From a virus (Duplodnaviria; Caudoviricetes): a stretch of 38,074 nucleotides of DNA. The notes under the pieces are model-generated. The model ran no database searches and was not told the DNA's origin. It saw only the letters and a program-made list of their open reading frames with translations. Within the stretch, counting starts at the first letter, position 1; each line of letters starts with the position of its first letter. This document shows positions 25,801 through 33,911 of this stretch, one piece after another. The translations under genes and the position numbers were made by a program. The stretch covers positions 1-38,074 of IMG/VR virus record IMGVR_UViG_3300011403_000023; one strand, given 5' to 3'.

Positions 25801-28492
25801 GGCCGGTGGGACGGTGCGGCGCGATTTCGCAGCCGCCACGCTCATCGAAGCATCGGATTACGTCTTCTCGGTGTACCTCAAGGTGAGCACGGCGACCGTC
25901 TCGCGCGTGAAACTCTCGCAGTCGGGCGGCACCGGCTCGATCCAGGTGGACTACACGCACGCCACGCGCGCCGCCACGCCGACGGTGGCGGGCACCGGGC
26001 ACAGATACCGCTGGGACGTGACGGACCAGGGCAACGGCTGGACGCGGATCCAGGTGTCGATGGACTACAAGGCGGCGGACTCGACCACGTTGCGCCTGGA
26101 AATTCTCCCGGACACGACCGGGACGGCTGCGTGCTTCGCCTGGGGCGCCATGTTCGAGCGCGGCCAGATCGCTACGCCGGTCTTCCTGAAGGCGCTGGAC
26201 GGCGTACACCGCCCGAAGGACTCGGCCATCCCGGTTCAGCTCGGGACGAGCTACCCGCGCATGGACGTGGACACGTTCGGCAACGTCATGGTCCCGGGCC
26301 CGTGGGCGACCGATGTCAGCTCCGCGCTCAGTCGAACGATGTTCACCGCGCGCGTCTACGACAAGAACCTCTACCTGCGCGGCGACCTCGACATCAACCC
26401 GGCGGCCTCGCACACGGTCATTCCCGGGCGCGGCATCGTCGTGAACCGTGAGCCGCCGAGCTACATCGAGAACAACCCGGGGATGATCCGGAACCTGCTC
26501 GGCTTCTCGGAGCGGTTCGACAATGCGTACTGGACCAAGACCAACGTGACCGTGACGGCGAACGCGGCGCTGGCGCCGGATGGGCTGTTCGAGGCAGACA
26601 ACCTCGCCGACTCCAGCGCGTCCGTGCAGGGCACCGTGATTCGTGAACTGACCACCGAGATCGACACGGGCGAGGTCTACACGTTCTCGGCGCACTTCCT
26701 CCCGGTGACGGCGACGACGACGCGCCTCGTGCTGGAACACACGGCCGGCGCCGCGCAGTCCACCGAAGCCCTCATCACCTGGAACGTGGCGACGGGGCGC
26801 GCCCCGATCGTGACGCTGACCAACGCTGGCAGCGGCGTGCATACCTACGAACTGGAGCCGGCCGAGAACGGGTACTTCCGGCTCTCCGTGTCGCTCACCT
26901 ACGACTCCTTGAAGGGGTCGCTGCGCGTCCGGATCAACCCGGACGGGACGAACGCCAACACGGGATCCGTGCGCGCATGGGGTGTCCAGCTCGAGCGCAG
27001 CGACGTGATGACGCCCTATCAGCGCATCGACGGGCGCAAGCCCTTCCAGCCCGTCCTGAGCACGACCGACCCGATCGAGCTGACCGACCACATGAGCGTC
27101 GCCACGCTCAACGATGACGTGGAGAGCAGCATCACCACGCTTGCGCCGACGTTGTACGAGGTGCCGCTTGTAGACAGCGACCCGAACGGGCTCGCGGCGC
27201 GCACGACCAAGATGGTCACGGTGGCGCGCGGGTCGATCGTCGTGGTGGACCGGATCGGCGAGCATCAGACGCCGCGCGGCGGCTCGTCCTGTCTCGACCA
27301 GAACGCGCGGTACATCTCCGTGACGAGCCTGTACCAGCGCCTCATTGCCACGGATGGCACTCGCTCGGTCATCTACGAGCCGCACGTAGACGGGCAGGTC
27401 CGCGCGTACAAGGCGACGACCGGCGAGGTGCCCGAGGGCGTGGAGCTGTGGACCTCCTGGCGTGGGCGTGCGGTTGCGCTCCGCACACGAGACGATCCGC
27501 ACGCCTGGTTCATGTCGGCGATCGAGGACGTGCGCGACTGGGACTACTTCACGCCCCCGCTGCACTCCTCGAAAGCCGTGTTCTCGACGACCAGCCGTGC
27601 GGGCTTGGCCCCGGACATCATCAACACGGCCATTCCCTACGACGATGAGCGCCTCATCCTCGGGTGCGACCATGCCATCTGGTACTTGCCCGGCGACCCC
27701 CTGAGCGAACGCGCACAGTGGCAGCACATCTCGGACATCACCGGGATCAGCTTCGGGAATCACTCCTGGTGCAAGGATGACAAGGGGATCCTGTACTTCT
27801 TCGGCTCGCGTGGTGGCTTCTACGCCATGCCGGCCGGTGGTGGCCCGCAGTCCCTGACCACCGAGACGATCGACCGGCGCCTCTCTGCGATCGACCTCGA
27901 TCGCTACTACGTCGAGTGCTTCTGGAACTGGCGCGAGGAGGGAGTCAACATCTACGTCATCCCCTTCGGTGCGCCGGGGACCATCGTGGCCCACTTCTTC
28001 TGGGGCCGGCGCTTCGACGAGTGGCGCACGGACGACTTCGTGAACGGGCTGATTCAGCCGACCTCGGCGGCGGTGATCGACGGGGAGAAGTCGAACGATC
28101 GGCGCCTGCTCTACGTCAACGGAAACCTAAACATCCTCCAGTGGGACGAGACCTCGAAGACGGATGACGGTACGGCCATCATCGCTCGTGAGCGGATCGG
28201 GCCCTACGACGTGGGCGGGGACATGGAGTCGCGCTGGAACGAGCTGACCGTGCTGCTCTCGGAGGATTCCGACGGGGCGCGCTTCGAGATGTTCGCGGCG
28301 GACACGGCGGACAGTCCAGGCGCGGTGAAGGTCACGGGGCTGCTAGGCCCTGGGCGCAACGGGCGGAAGTTCGGGCGCGTGCGCGGCTCGAAGTTCTGGC
28401 TGGAGCTGGTGAACGATACGGCGGGTCAGAGCTTCGCCTTCGAGGAGGGCGGGATCTACGGGGCGCGGGCAGGGAGGGCGCGCGTGCGCTAG
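22868..28492 (+). CDS. Giant tail nozzle/stabilization protein with three CBM-like inserts and a LamG-like domain
   Basis: Follows the adaptor. P..GLN...N.R N-terminus and propeller-like C-terminal part as in P22 gp10/T7 gp12-like proteins. Three WGAQLE-type repeats and a W.D.TG...F.GEL.EVLVYN domain. Confidence 0.7.
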   Translation: MRELVPIVPPKQGLNDAKAYSEQPPQSTSLSRNMRTQQASTGRLRVSQRAGYRLWSPRAILTNRLAFTEDLSHFRDTVEGDRPFPVEDGWTVAASGGAGSFSSTADGTLGPDRVSPAQLAKQLLAGSGRAEVGQTFDPLDPPTSLLAKAGATWLRTASRDLMFSVYMKVGDATTTQLSIRQGTTVEVSGAPFTRLTITWTAGVASITATNTGGSGSHQSGLTDEGNGWYRIWASITWNLGFEPTAPTLRCLVQPNLTDTTVKGTYLWGAQLELVPTATTEPTRYEPVLGKNDTLGTRKGAALHAVNHLQRRLDYRRRQTIVADRSVQTPAKASAYAIAYDRQRNRYLLEAQAVVKYSSQGTLIFSIPVPIDDPNHVCQALHLDEVDQIYVGVTSGGDAAKARLFCFRQGPEVVGGEVREDSHHLHWSVLTGQYVVNIKSHEGVLYTLQDDPTRTRSELVMYDALDFAEPEVALRKVTPYPSAGMAIKSDGSIVTCHTTNLTRGLDPSANGSDTLGPWPTAVGWTPENNQANYATAAWARLRSDYILGPGRRTIDDFDADEEVTDWVDHTGKQRNAYKFGGGLHAGPTANLRGMSGIPGVKFNGIDQALTSNPNPGTDETNLDLHRTLIPSYDGAKSTTFVVFRPAFKAVQGAVIGQPMTGAVAAPANHYVVCANRDDTDTIAAPSRGRVSLYDDTTGSADVAVGTGAQPQSALIESGGLVNFCIMAMKRSAVAAEGEMRVNGSLIEPTYASIAAAGEGATTLGYYEQNSGFGFFEGELLEVLVYNSLLSTTDVQLHEGYFANYYGGQGRLDAAHPYKLTPGAGLLVPSTAPIPTGKADVNKLNHRSTILAKFAPGGDLKWTVVDYFGVGYDVALDPSGNIFSLGEYNATEGAPSVGTPALPANRGEQGWLRKVIDNGESADPDDFVADWTQNKLQLLGVSVGRDFSDAFWTKTNVTVTTNTTGDPIGSSTADTLTTTVAGGTVRRDFAAATLIEASDYVFSVYLKVSTATVSRVKLSQSGGTGSIQVDYTHATRAATPTVAGTGHRYRWDVTDQGNGWTRIQVSMDYKAADSTTLRLEILPDTTGTAACFAWGAMFERGQIATPVFLKALDGVHRPKDSAIPVQLGTSYPRMDVDTFGNVMVPGPWATDVSSALSRTMFTARVYDKNLYLRGDLDINPAASHTVIPGRGIVVNREPPSYIENNPGMIRNLLGFSERFDNAYWTKTNVTVTANAALAPDGLFEADNLADSSASVQGTVIRELTTEIDTGEVYTFSAHFLPVTATTTRLVLEHTAGAAQSTEALITWNVATGRAPIVTLTNAGSGVHTYELEPAENGYFRLSVSLTYDSLKGSLRVRINPDGTNANTGSVRAWGVQLERSDVMTPYQRIDGRKPFQPVLSTTDPIELTDHMSVATLNDDVESSITTLAPTLYEVPLVDSDPNGLAARTTKMVTVARGSIVVVDRIGEHQTPRGGSSCLDQNARYISVTSLYQRLIATDGTRSVIYEPHVDGQVRAYKATTGEVPEGVELWTSWRGRAVALRTRDDPHAWFMSAIEDVRDWDYFTPPLHSSKAVFSTTSRAGLAPDIINTAIPYDDERLILGCDHAIWYLPGDPLSERAQWQHISDITGISFGNHSWCKDDKGILYFFGSRGGFYAMPAGGGPQSLTTETIDRRLSAIDLDRYYVECFWNWREEGVNIYVIPFGAPGTIVAHFFWGRRFDEWRTDDFVNGLIQPTSAAVIDGEKSNDRRLLYVNGNLNILQWDETSKTDDGTAIIARERIGPYDVGGDMESRWNELTVLLSEDSDGARFEMFAADTADSPGAVKVTGLLGPGRNGRKFGRVRGSKFWLELVNDTAGQSFAFEEGGIYGARAGRARVR

Positions 28493-28501
28493 GGTGTAGC
28501 C

Positions 28502-29143
28502 ATGAAGCCCTACTACGATCACGGCGGCATCACGATCTACCACGGGGACTGCCGGGAGATCCTGCCCAGCATCAAGGCGGACGTGATGGTGACGGACCCG
28601 CCGTACGGGATTGACGCCAACACACGCGGGTGGTCGGCTGGGCGTTCGGTTGCTGGCGTTGCGCGAGACTGGCCTGCTGTGCGCGGCGATGACGAGCCTT
28701 TCAATCCGGCGCACCTGCTGGCGTTAGGCTTGCCTACGGTCTTGTGGGGCGCCAACCACTACGCCGATTCGCTCCCACGCTCGCCGTCGTGGTTCGTCTG
28801 GTACAAGCGAACCAACGGGATCGAGAACGATTCTGCCGACGCCGAGCTTGCCTGGACCAACCTCGGCGGGCCTGCGCGAGTTTTCCATCATCCGTGGATG
28901 GGGATGCTGCGCGCCAGCGAGAAGGGCGAGGCTTACCATCCGACGCAGAAGCCCGTTGTGCTGATGTTGTGGTGTCTACGGCGCTGCCCGGATGGTGACG
29001 TGCTTGATCCGTACATGGGGGGTGGATCTACGCTCCGCGCCGCGAAAGACCTCGGCCGCAAGGCCATCGGCATCGAGATCGAAGAGCGCTACTGCGAGAT
29101 CGCGGCGAAGCGGCTGGCGCAGGAGGTGTTCTCCTTCTCGTGA
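28502..29143 (+). CDS. Orphan DNA methyltransferase (N4-C/N6-A, beta class)
   Basis: IYHGDC, catalytic TDPPY, HPTQKP, SAM-binding VLDPYMGGGST and IGIEI..YCEIA..RL. Confidence 0.92.
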   Translation: MKPYYDHGGITIYHGDCREILPSIKADVMVTDPPYGIDANTRGWSAGRSVAGVARDWPAVRGDDEPFNPAHLLALGLPTVLWGANHYADSLPRSPSWFVWYKRTNGIENDSADAELAWTNLGGPARVFHHPWMGMLRASEKGEAYHPTQKPVVLMLWCLRRCPDGDVLDPYMGGGSTLRAAKDLGRKAIGIEIEERYCEIAAKRLAQEVFSFS

Positions 29144-30681
29144 CCAGCCGCCACCACAATCGCCGCATCACCGAAAACGTGCAGAGCGCTGCGCGTGACG
29201 TGCTGCGCACCACCGACCTCGACGAGCGCCTGCTGATCCTGAAGCAAGGGCGCATCACGATCAACCTGGACCGGCTTGCGAGGGAGCTGAGGATCCCCGA
29301 TAGCGCCGGTACTGCTGAAGCCGTGGAGATCGACACCTTCGCCGGCCCTGGGACGACCGGGCTCGTCCCGGACCCGCTGAGTTCCTCGGGGCGCTTCCTC
29401 GACGATGCCGGGGACTGGACGGCGATCCCGGGCGGCGGGGACATGCTGAAGGCGACGTACGACGCCGACCTTGACGGGATCTCGGACGCGGCCGAGCAGC
29501 TCGAGGGCCCAACCGCTGGACTCAACATCTCCACAGCTGCATCGGTCGCGGCGCACCTCGCAACGGCGCACGTTCCCACCACGCGCCTCATCAGCACGAC
29601 GCTTCCCATTGCGGGCGGCGGCGACCTCAGCGCAGACAGGACCATCAGCTTCTCGAACTTCAGCGCGGTGTCACGCCTCTTCGGCGCCGGATCCGGTGGC
29701 GCATCGCCGGCCGAGATCACGCTGGGCACTAACCTCGCAATGGCGGGCACGGTGCTCAACGCCTCGGGCGGTGGTTCACCAACGAACGCGCAGTACGTGA
29801 CGCTCGCCCTCGATGCGACCCTGACGGACGAGCGCACGCTCGCGGTGGGTGCGGCGCTTTCGCTCGTGGACGGTGGCGCCGGCGCGGCGGTGACGCTCGA
29901 CCGTGCGGCGTTGACTGGTGACGTGACGGCGAGCGCCGGGGCCAACGCGACGACGATCGCCAACGACGCGGTGACAAACGCGAAGCTCGCCAACATGGTC
30001 GCGCACACGGTCAAGGTGCGCGCCGCTGGCACGACCGGGGACCCGTCCGACCTCGCCATCGCCGGGAATTCCACGATGCTCCGCGTCGGCACGGCGGCCT
30101 TGTCATCGGAAGCGTTCGGCGCGAACGATTGGCTTGGGCGCGGAATCTCTGGCTCGCTCGGCGCGCAGAACACGACGACGCTGCTCGTCTCCCTGCTGAC
30201 GGCGATGGTCGGCGCGGCATTCCCCGGGAGTCCGGTGGACGGGCAACCTTTCTATCACACGGGCGTAGCCACCCTGTTCGTCTACGACGACGGCGCGGGC
30301 GCGTGGCTCAGTGTCGCGGTGTACGAGATCGCCTTCGGTGACACGGCGTCGGTGGCGAGCGGCAACTACTTCCGGCAGTACCCGATCAGCTCGGCCACGC
30401 GCTACAGCGCGACGGTCGGAGAACGCTTCGGCTTCGACGTGATCGTGGTGGGGATCACGGTGGACGTGCAGGCGTCCTCGACGTGCACGATCACCGTGCA
30501 GGACGACGGGTCGGACGTGAGCGGCGGTGCGATCTCGCTCGCGGCGGAAGTGTTCAAGCGTGACGAGACGCTGCTGTCCAGCGCAATTGCGGCCGATTCG
30601 GTGATCGCCGTCGAGTGCACGAGCGGCACGGCGACGACCGGCGCGTCCGGGCGCGTACGATTTCGCAGGAGACAGACCTGA
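29140..30681 (+). CDS. Tail fibre protein
   Basis: G/A/T-rich fibre motifs GGGDMLKATYD, GGGDLSADRTI and LTGDVT...TTIANDAVT.AK, then a globular C-terminal tip. Confidence 0.75.
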   Translation: MTSRHHNRRITENVQSAARDVLRTTDLDERLLILKQGRITINLDRLARELRIPDSAGTAEAVEIDTFAGPGTTGLVPDPLSSSGRFLDDAGDWTAIPGGGDMLKATYDADLDGISDAAEQLEGPTAGLNISTAASVAAHLATAHVPTTRLISTTLPIAGGGDLSADRTISFSNFSAVSRLFGAGSGGASPAEITLGTNLAMAGTVLNASGGGSPTNAQYVTLALDATLTDERTLAVGAALSLVDGGAGAAVTLDRAALTGDVTASAGANATTIANDAVTNAKLANMVAHTVKVRAAGTTGDPSDLAIAGNSTMLRVGTAALSSEAFGANDWLGRGISGSLGAQNTTTLLVSLLTAMVGAAFPGSPVDGQPFYHTGVATLFVYDDGAGAWLSVAVYEIAFGDTASVASGNYFRQYPISSATRYSATVGERFGFDVIVVGITVDVQASSTCTITVQDDGSDVSGGAISLAAEVFKRDETLLSSAIAADSVIAVECTSGTATTGASGRVRFRRRQT

Positions 30682-31229
30682 TGCCTGCCTCCTCGCACAA
30701 CAAGACATGGGGCGCCGAGGAGTGGCTCTATGTCGGGCAGACAGGGACGGCGTTCCCGACCTCGCCGGCCGACGGGCAATCCTTCTACAGGACCGATCAT
30801 CACGCGTCCTACCACTACGATCCAACGGCGGCGCGCTGGCTCGGGGACGCGGTACATGAGGTGGAGGGCGGCGACACGGCGGCGATGGCGGTCAGCATCT
30901 ACTACCGCGAGTACACGCTCGGAGCCGGCGGCACGCGCTACTCGGCGACCTACGGGCGCCAGTTCGGATTCGATGTCGTGTGCGTCGGCATGACGATCTT
31001 TTCGGCCATCACTCCCGCAGTGTCGGCACGCGCCGTCGTGACCGACGACGGAACGGCAGTCACCGGCGCCTCGATCACGCTCACGACGCCGGCCACATCC
31101 GGCCAGTCCGAGGCGTTGCTGTCATCGGTAATCGTCGCCGGCAGCGTCATCGGCTTGCAGAACGACGCGCTGGGCGCAACGCTCGGCGCGACCAAGGTAA
31201 TCGCTCGCTTTCGGAGGGCCGAAGCATGA
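30681..31229 (+). CDS. Stand-alone paralog of the tail-fibre tip domain
   Basis: TGATG overlap and RBS AGGAG. Aligns by eye with the last ~155 aa of the fibre. Confidence 0.7.
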   Translation: MPASSHNKTWGAEEWLYVGQTGTAFPTSPADGQSFYRTDHHASYHYDPTAARWLGDAVHEVEGGDTAAMAVSIYYREYTLGAGGTRYSATYGRQFGFDVVCVGMTIFSAITPAVSARAVVTDDGTAVTGASITLTTPATSGQSEALLSSVIVAGSVIGLQNDALGATLGATKVIARFRRAEA

Positions 31230-31245
31230 ACATGAGGGCACTCTA

Positions 31246-31923
31246 ATGGGACTTTTCGGCTCTGGTGGCTTCTCGATCGGCGGGATGAATTTTGGGGGCA
31301 GTGACGCTAAGTCCGGGAGGACGATTCGAAGCAGAGGGCGCCAGGTCCTAAAGGGCATCCTCGAACCATCCGACCGCGAAGCCTTCGGGCGCGCGCAACG
31401 CGAGTTCGAGGCCGCTCCGGGGATCATCCAGGGCGGCTACAAGATGGCGCGGCGCGAGGCGGGTAACGCCTTCCGAGGCGCACAGCGGAGCATCCTGGAC
31501 CAGGGCCAGCGCGCCGAGGGGAACGCGCTCTCACAGCTCACGAACAGCGGCTTCTCGGGCGCCGGGTCGATCGCGTCGAACCTGCGGCTAGGTGTCGGCT
31601 ACGGGACGGCGCGCGCGATTCAGGACGTGCAGGATCGTGTGGCGCAGATCGGGGCGGGCCTGGCTACGGGCGAGGCGCAGGACGTGGCCAACGCACGCTC
31701 GAACCTCGGGCAGTTCTACATGAACCGAGGGCTCGCCGACCGGCAACGGAACATGCTGCACTGGTGGCTCCTGACGGGGCAGAACGGGCTTGCGGCGAGT
31801 CAGCCTCCGAACGACCTCAGCGGGATCGTGAAGCTCGGGGCGACGCTCTTCGGTGGAGGTGGCGGTGCGGCCGGTGGGGCACAGGCTGGAGCGGCGCAGT
31901 ATCCGAGCGGCGGGACTCTCTAG
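31246..31923 (+). CDS. Internal virion / DNA-ejection (pilot) protein (putative)
   Basis: MGLFG start, G/A/Q-rich composition, located after the tail genes as in podoviruses. Confidence 0.6.
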   Translation: MGLFGSGGFSIGGMNFGGSDAKSGRTIRSRGRQVLKGILEPSDREAFGRAQREFEAAPGIIQGGYKMARREAGNAFRGAQRSILDQGQRAEGNALSQLTNSGFSGAGSIASNLRLGVGYGTARAIQDVQDRVAQIGAGLATGEAQDVANARSNLGQFYMNRGLADRQRNMLHWWLLTGQNGLAASQPPNDLSGIVKLGATLFGGGGGAAGGAQAGAAQYPSGGTL

Positions 31924-33801
31924 GTGGTCATCTTCTACAAGCAAGGTCAGGGCGCCCCGCAGCAAAGCACGCGCAAGCGTGTCGCGGATGCCGTCTTCGA
32001 CTTCGCCGATCAGTACCAGGGCACGCGGCAGCGGCAGGAAGCGCACGACGCGCAGCTACAGCAGCGCCAGGCGCAGATGGAAGCGGACCAGGCCGCGCTC
32101 GCCATCCAGCAGGAGAACCAGAACTTCGTGCGCTCCGAGCGGGACCGTGTAGCTGGTGAGCGTCAGTCAGACGCGGAGATCCGGCGCTTGTTGCTCGACG
32201 AGGCGCGCGGGTCCACTACGCCGACGGCGGCGCGCTCCCCGCAGATGGGCGCTCTCGGGATGCTCGGGAATGTTCTGGGCAAGGCGTTCGGGGGACAGTC
32301 GAACGATCCCGACGCGAAGATGGCGCAGGAGGAGCAGCGCAAGTGGGACGCCTACGAGCGGTGGCTTCCGACGGCGAGCCCTGAGACGGCGAAGCTCGTG
32401 TTCTCGAAGCTGGCTGGCGAGACGCAGGAGAAGCAGAAGCAGGCGCAGTACGGGGCGCTTGCGCGGCGCGTGGCGCAGCTACAGATGCCGGCGCAGAGTC
32501 CGGGCGGCGCCGAGCTTCCCGGATTGAACCAGGAGGATCCGGAGCAGGGCGAGCTGCTCGCCAACCTTCAGGGAATGATCGACAACGGGGAGGATCCCGA
32601 CCAGATCAACGATGTCGTGGCGGAGCTGGAGGGTGAGATCCTCCGCGACCGGAAGCACCAGGTCGCGCGTGAGCGCGCCTCGGGGCGGATGATGCAGGCG
32701 CTCGCACAACCTCCGGAGTTCGTGTCACAGGAGGAGATCGACCAGGCGGATGAGATCGCCCTGAGCTTCCAGAACGACATCTCGCGTGACCCGAAGGATG
32801 CCTGGGAGGAATTCCGAGATGCTCTGTTCGCCGGCAAGGACCGCTGGCGCGCGGCTACGGAGGAGATGTCCAAGATCACGATGAAGGAGTCCCCACCGCG
32901 CCTGCCGACGCCGGAGGAGGTGATGAACGCCGGGCGACTCCTCTACCCGCACGATCCGAAGTTCCAGAACCAGACGCCGCCCCTCTCGAGCCGGGTCAAG
33001 GCTGGCGTGCCCGAGTTCCAGGATCAGCAGGCGATGGCGGGTGGGCCGATCGGTTACTCCTCGAAGTATGGGGAAACGCCCGAGCAGAGGGCCGAAGGTG
33101 ATGCGCGCTTCGGGCAGAATGGTGCGCAGCCCGCGCAGCGCGCCGTGCCGACCGAGGTACGCCAGGAGGTCCAGGCGAAGCTGACCCCGGACGTGATGGA
33201 CAACATGATGACGGCTGTGAGCGATGCGGGGAGTGTCGAGGAAGCCAACGCTGCGCTCGTGGCCGTCGCCGAGAAGGCGGGCGTCGATCCTGCGCAGCTT
33301 CCTGAGTACCTCTTGAAGGCGCTGGGTGCGCGTGTCGGCTCGATGAGCAAGATGCGGAGCACGGGCGCGCTGGGTGGTGCGCATGAGGCGTTGAAGTCGG
33401 TCACGGGCGGGCCTGCCGGGAAACCCGAAGCTGCGCCCGATGTCGAGTTCCAGGAGCAGGAAGCCTTCAAGGATGGGCCTATCGCGTACTCGACGAAGGT
33501 CGCAGAGCAGCCGGAGCCCAAGAAGGCGTACGCCGACTTGACGCCAGAGGAGCAGGACGCCAAGCGGCGGGCGAGACAGGGCGCTCCTCCAAAGACGTGG
33601 AAGCGGCTGAGCAAGGACGAGCAGACGAGTGCCAGCGCCGAGCTGCTCAATGCGGTGAAAGCGGCGACACGCTTCGACTTCCATGGAGCCCTCGCCCCGA
33701 CGTTGAGGCGTCTAGGCATCGACCTCGGGAGCATCCCCAAGAAGGAAGCTCAGGCGTTGCGTGAGGCGCTCAAGAAGGCCCGCGCCGGGGCCAAGAAGTG
33801 A
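31924..33801 (+). CDS. Internal virion / ejection protein (putative)
   Basis: 625 aa, Q/E/A-rich and helical, between the pilot gene and the giant gene. Confidence 0.6.
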   Translation: MVIFYKQGQGAPQQSTRKRVADAVFDFADQYQGTRQRQEAHDAQLQQRQAQMEADQAALAIQQENQNFVRSERDRVAGERQSDAEIRRLLLDEARGSTTPTAARSPQMGALGMLGNVLGKAFGGQSNDPDAKMAQEEQRKWDAYERWLPTASPETAKLVFSKLAGETQEKQKQAQYGALARRVAQLQMPAQSPGGAELPGLNQEDPEQGELLANLQGMIDNGEDPDQINDVVAELEGEILRDRKHQVARERASGRMMQALAQPPEFVSQEEIDQADEIALSFQNDISRDPKDAWEEFRDALFAGKDRWRAATEEMSKITMKESPPRLPTPEEVMNAGRLLYPHDPKFQNQTPPLSSRVKAGVPEFQDQQAMAGGPIGYSSKYGETPEQRAEGDARFGQNGAQPAQRAVPTEVRQEVQAKLTPDVMDNMMTAVSDAGSVEEANAALVAVAEKAGVDPAQLPEYLLKALGARVGSMSKMRSTGALGGAHEALKSVTGGPAGKPEAAPDVEFQEQEAFKDGPIAYSTKVAEQPEPKKAYADLTPEEQDAKRRARQGAPPKTWKRLSKDEQTSASAELLNAVKAATRFDFHGALAPTLRRLGIDLGSIPKKEAQALREALKKARAGAKK

Positions 33802-33911
33802 GGCGCTTCGCCCTCCTTATGGAACTCAAGTCCCTCATCTGGCGCGCGTGGAGCGACATGGAGCATGGCGAGTGGCCGGCGCTTCCCCGCTTCGATAGCG
33901 AGGACTGCTGA
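33798..33911 (+). CDS. Small hypothetical peptide (37 aa)
   Basis: GTGA and TGATG overlaps fill the gap exactly. Confidence 0.35.
   Translation: MRRFALLMELKSLIWRAWSDMEHGEWPALPRFDSEDC

Noticed and set aside
25232-27994. 920-aa minus-strand ORF, and similar ones at 11795..13468, 15062..16144, 22237..23334 and 29028..30173
   Set aside because: Antisense shadows of real + strand genes in high-GC DNA. They are R/G/V-rich and have no recognisable motifs.
19031-28504. Genome-wide TAG recoding, suggested by in-frame TAG junctions at scaffold-MCP and nozzle-MTase
   Set aside because: Core genes are full length under the standard code, the MCP has its own strong RBS, and the fraction of in-frame TAG junctions is about what chance predicts.
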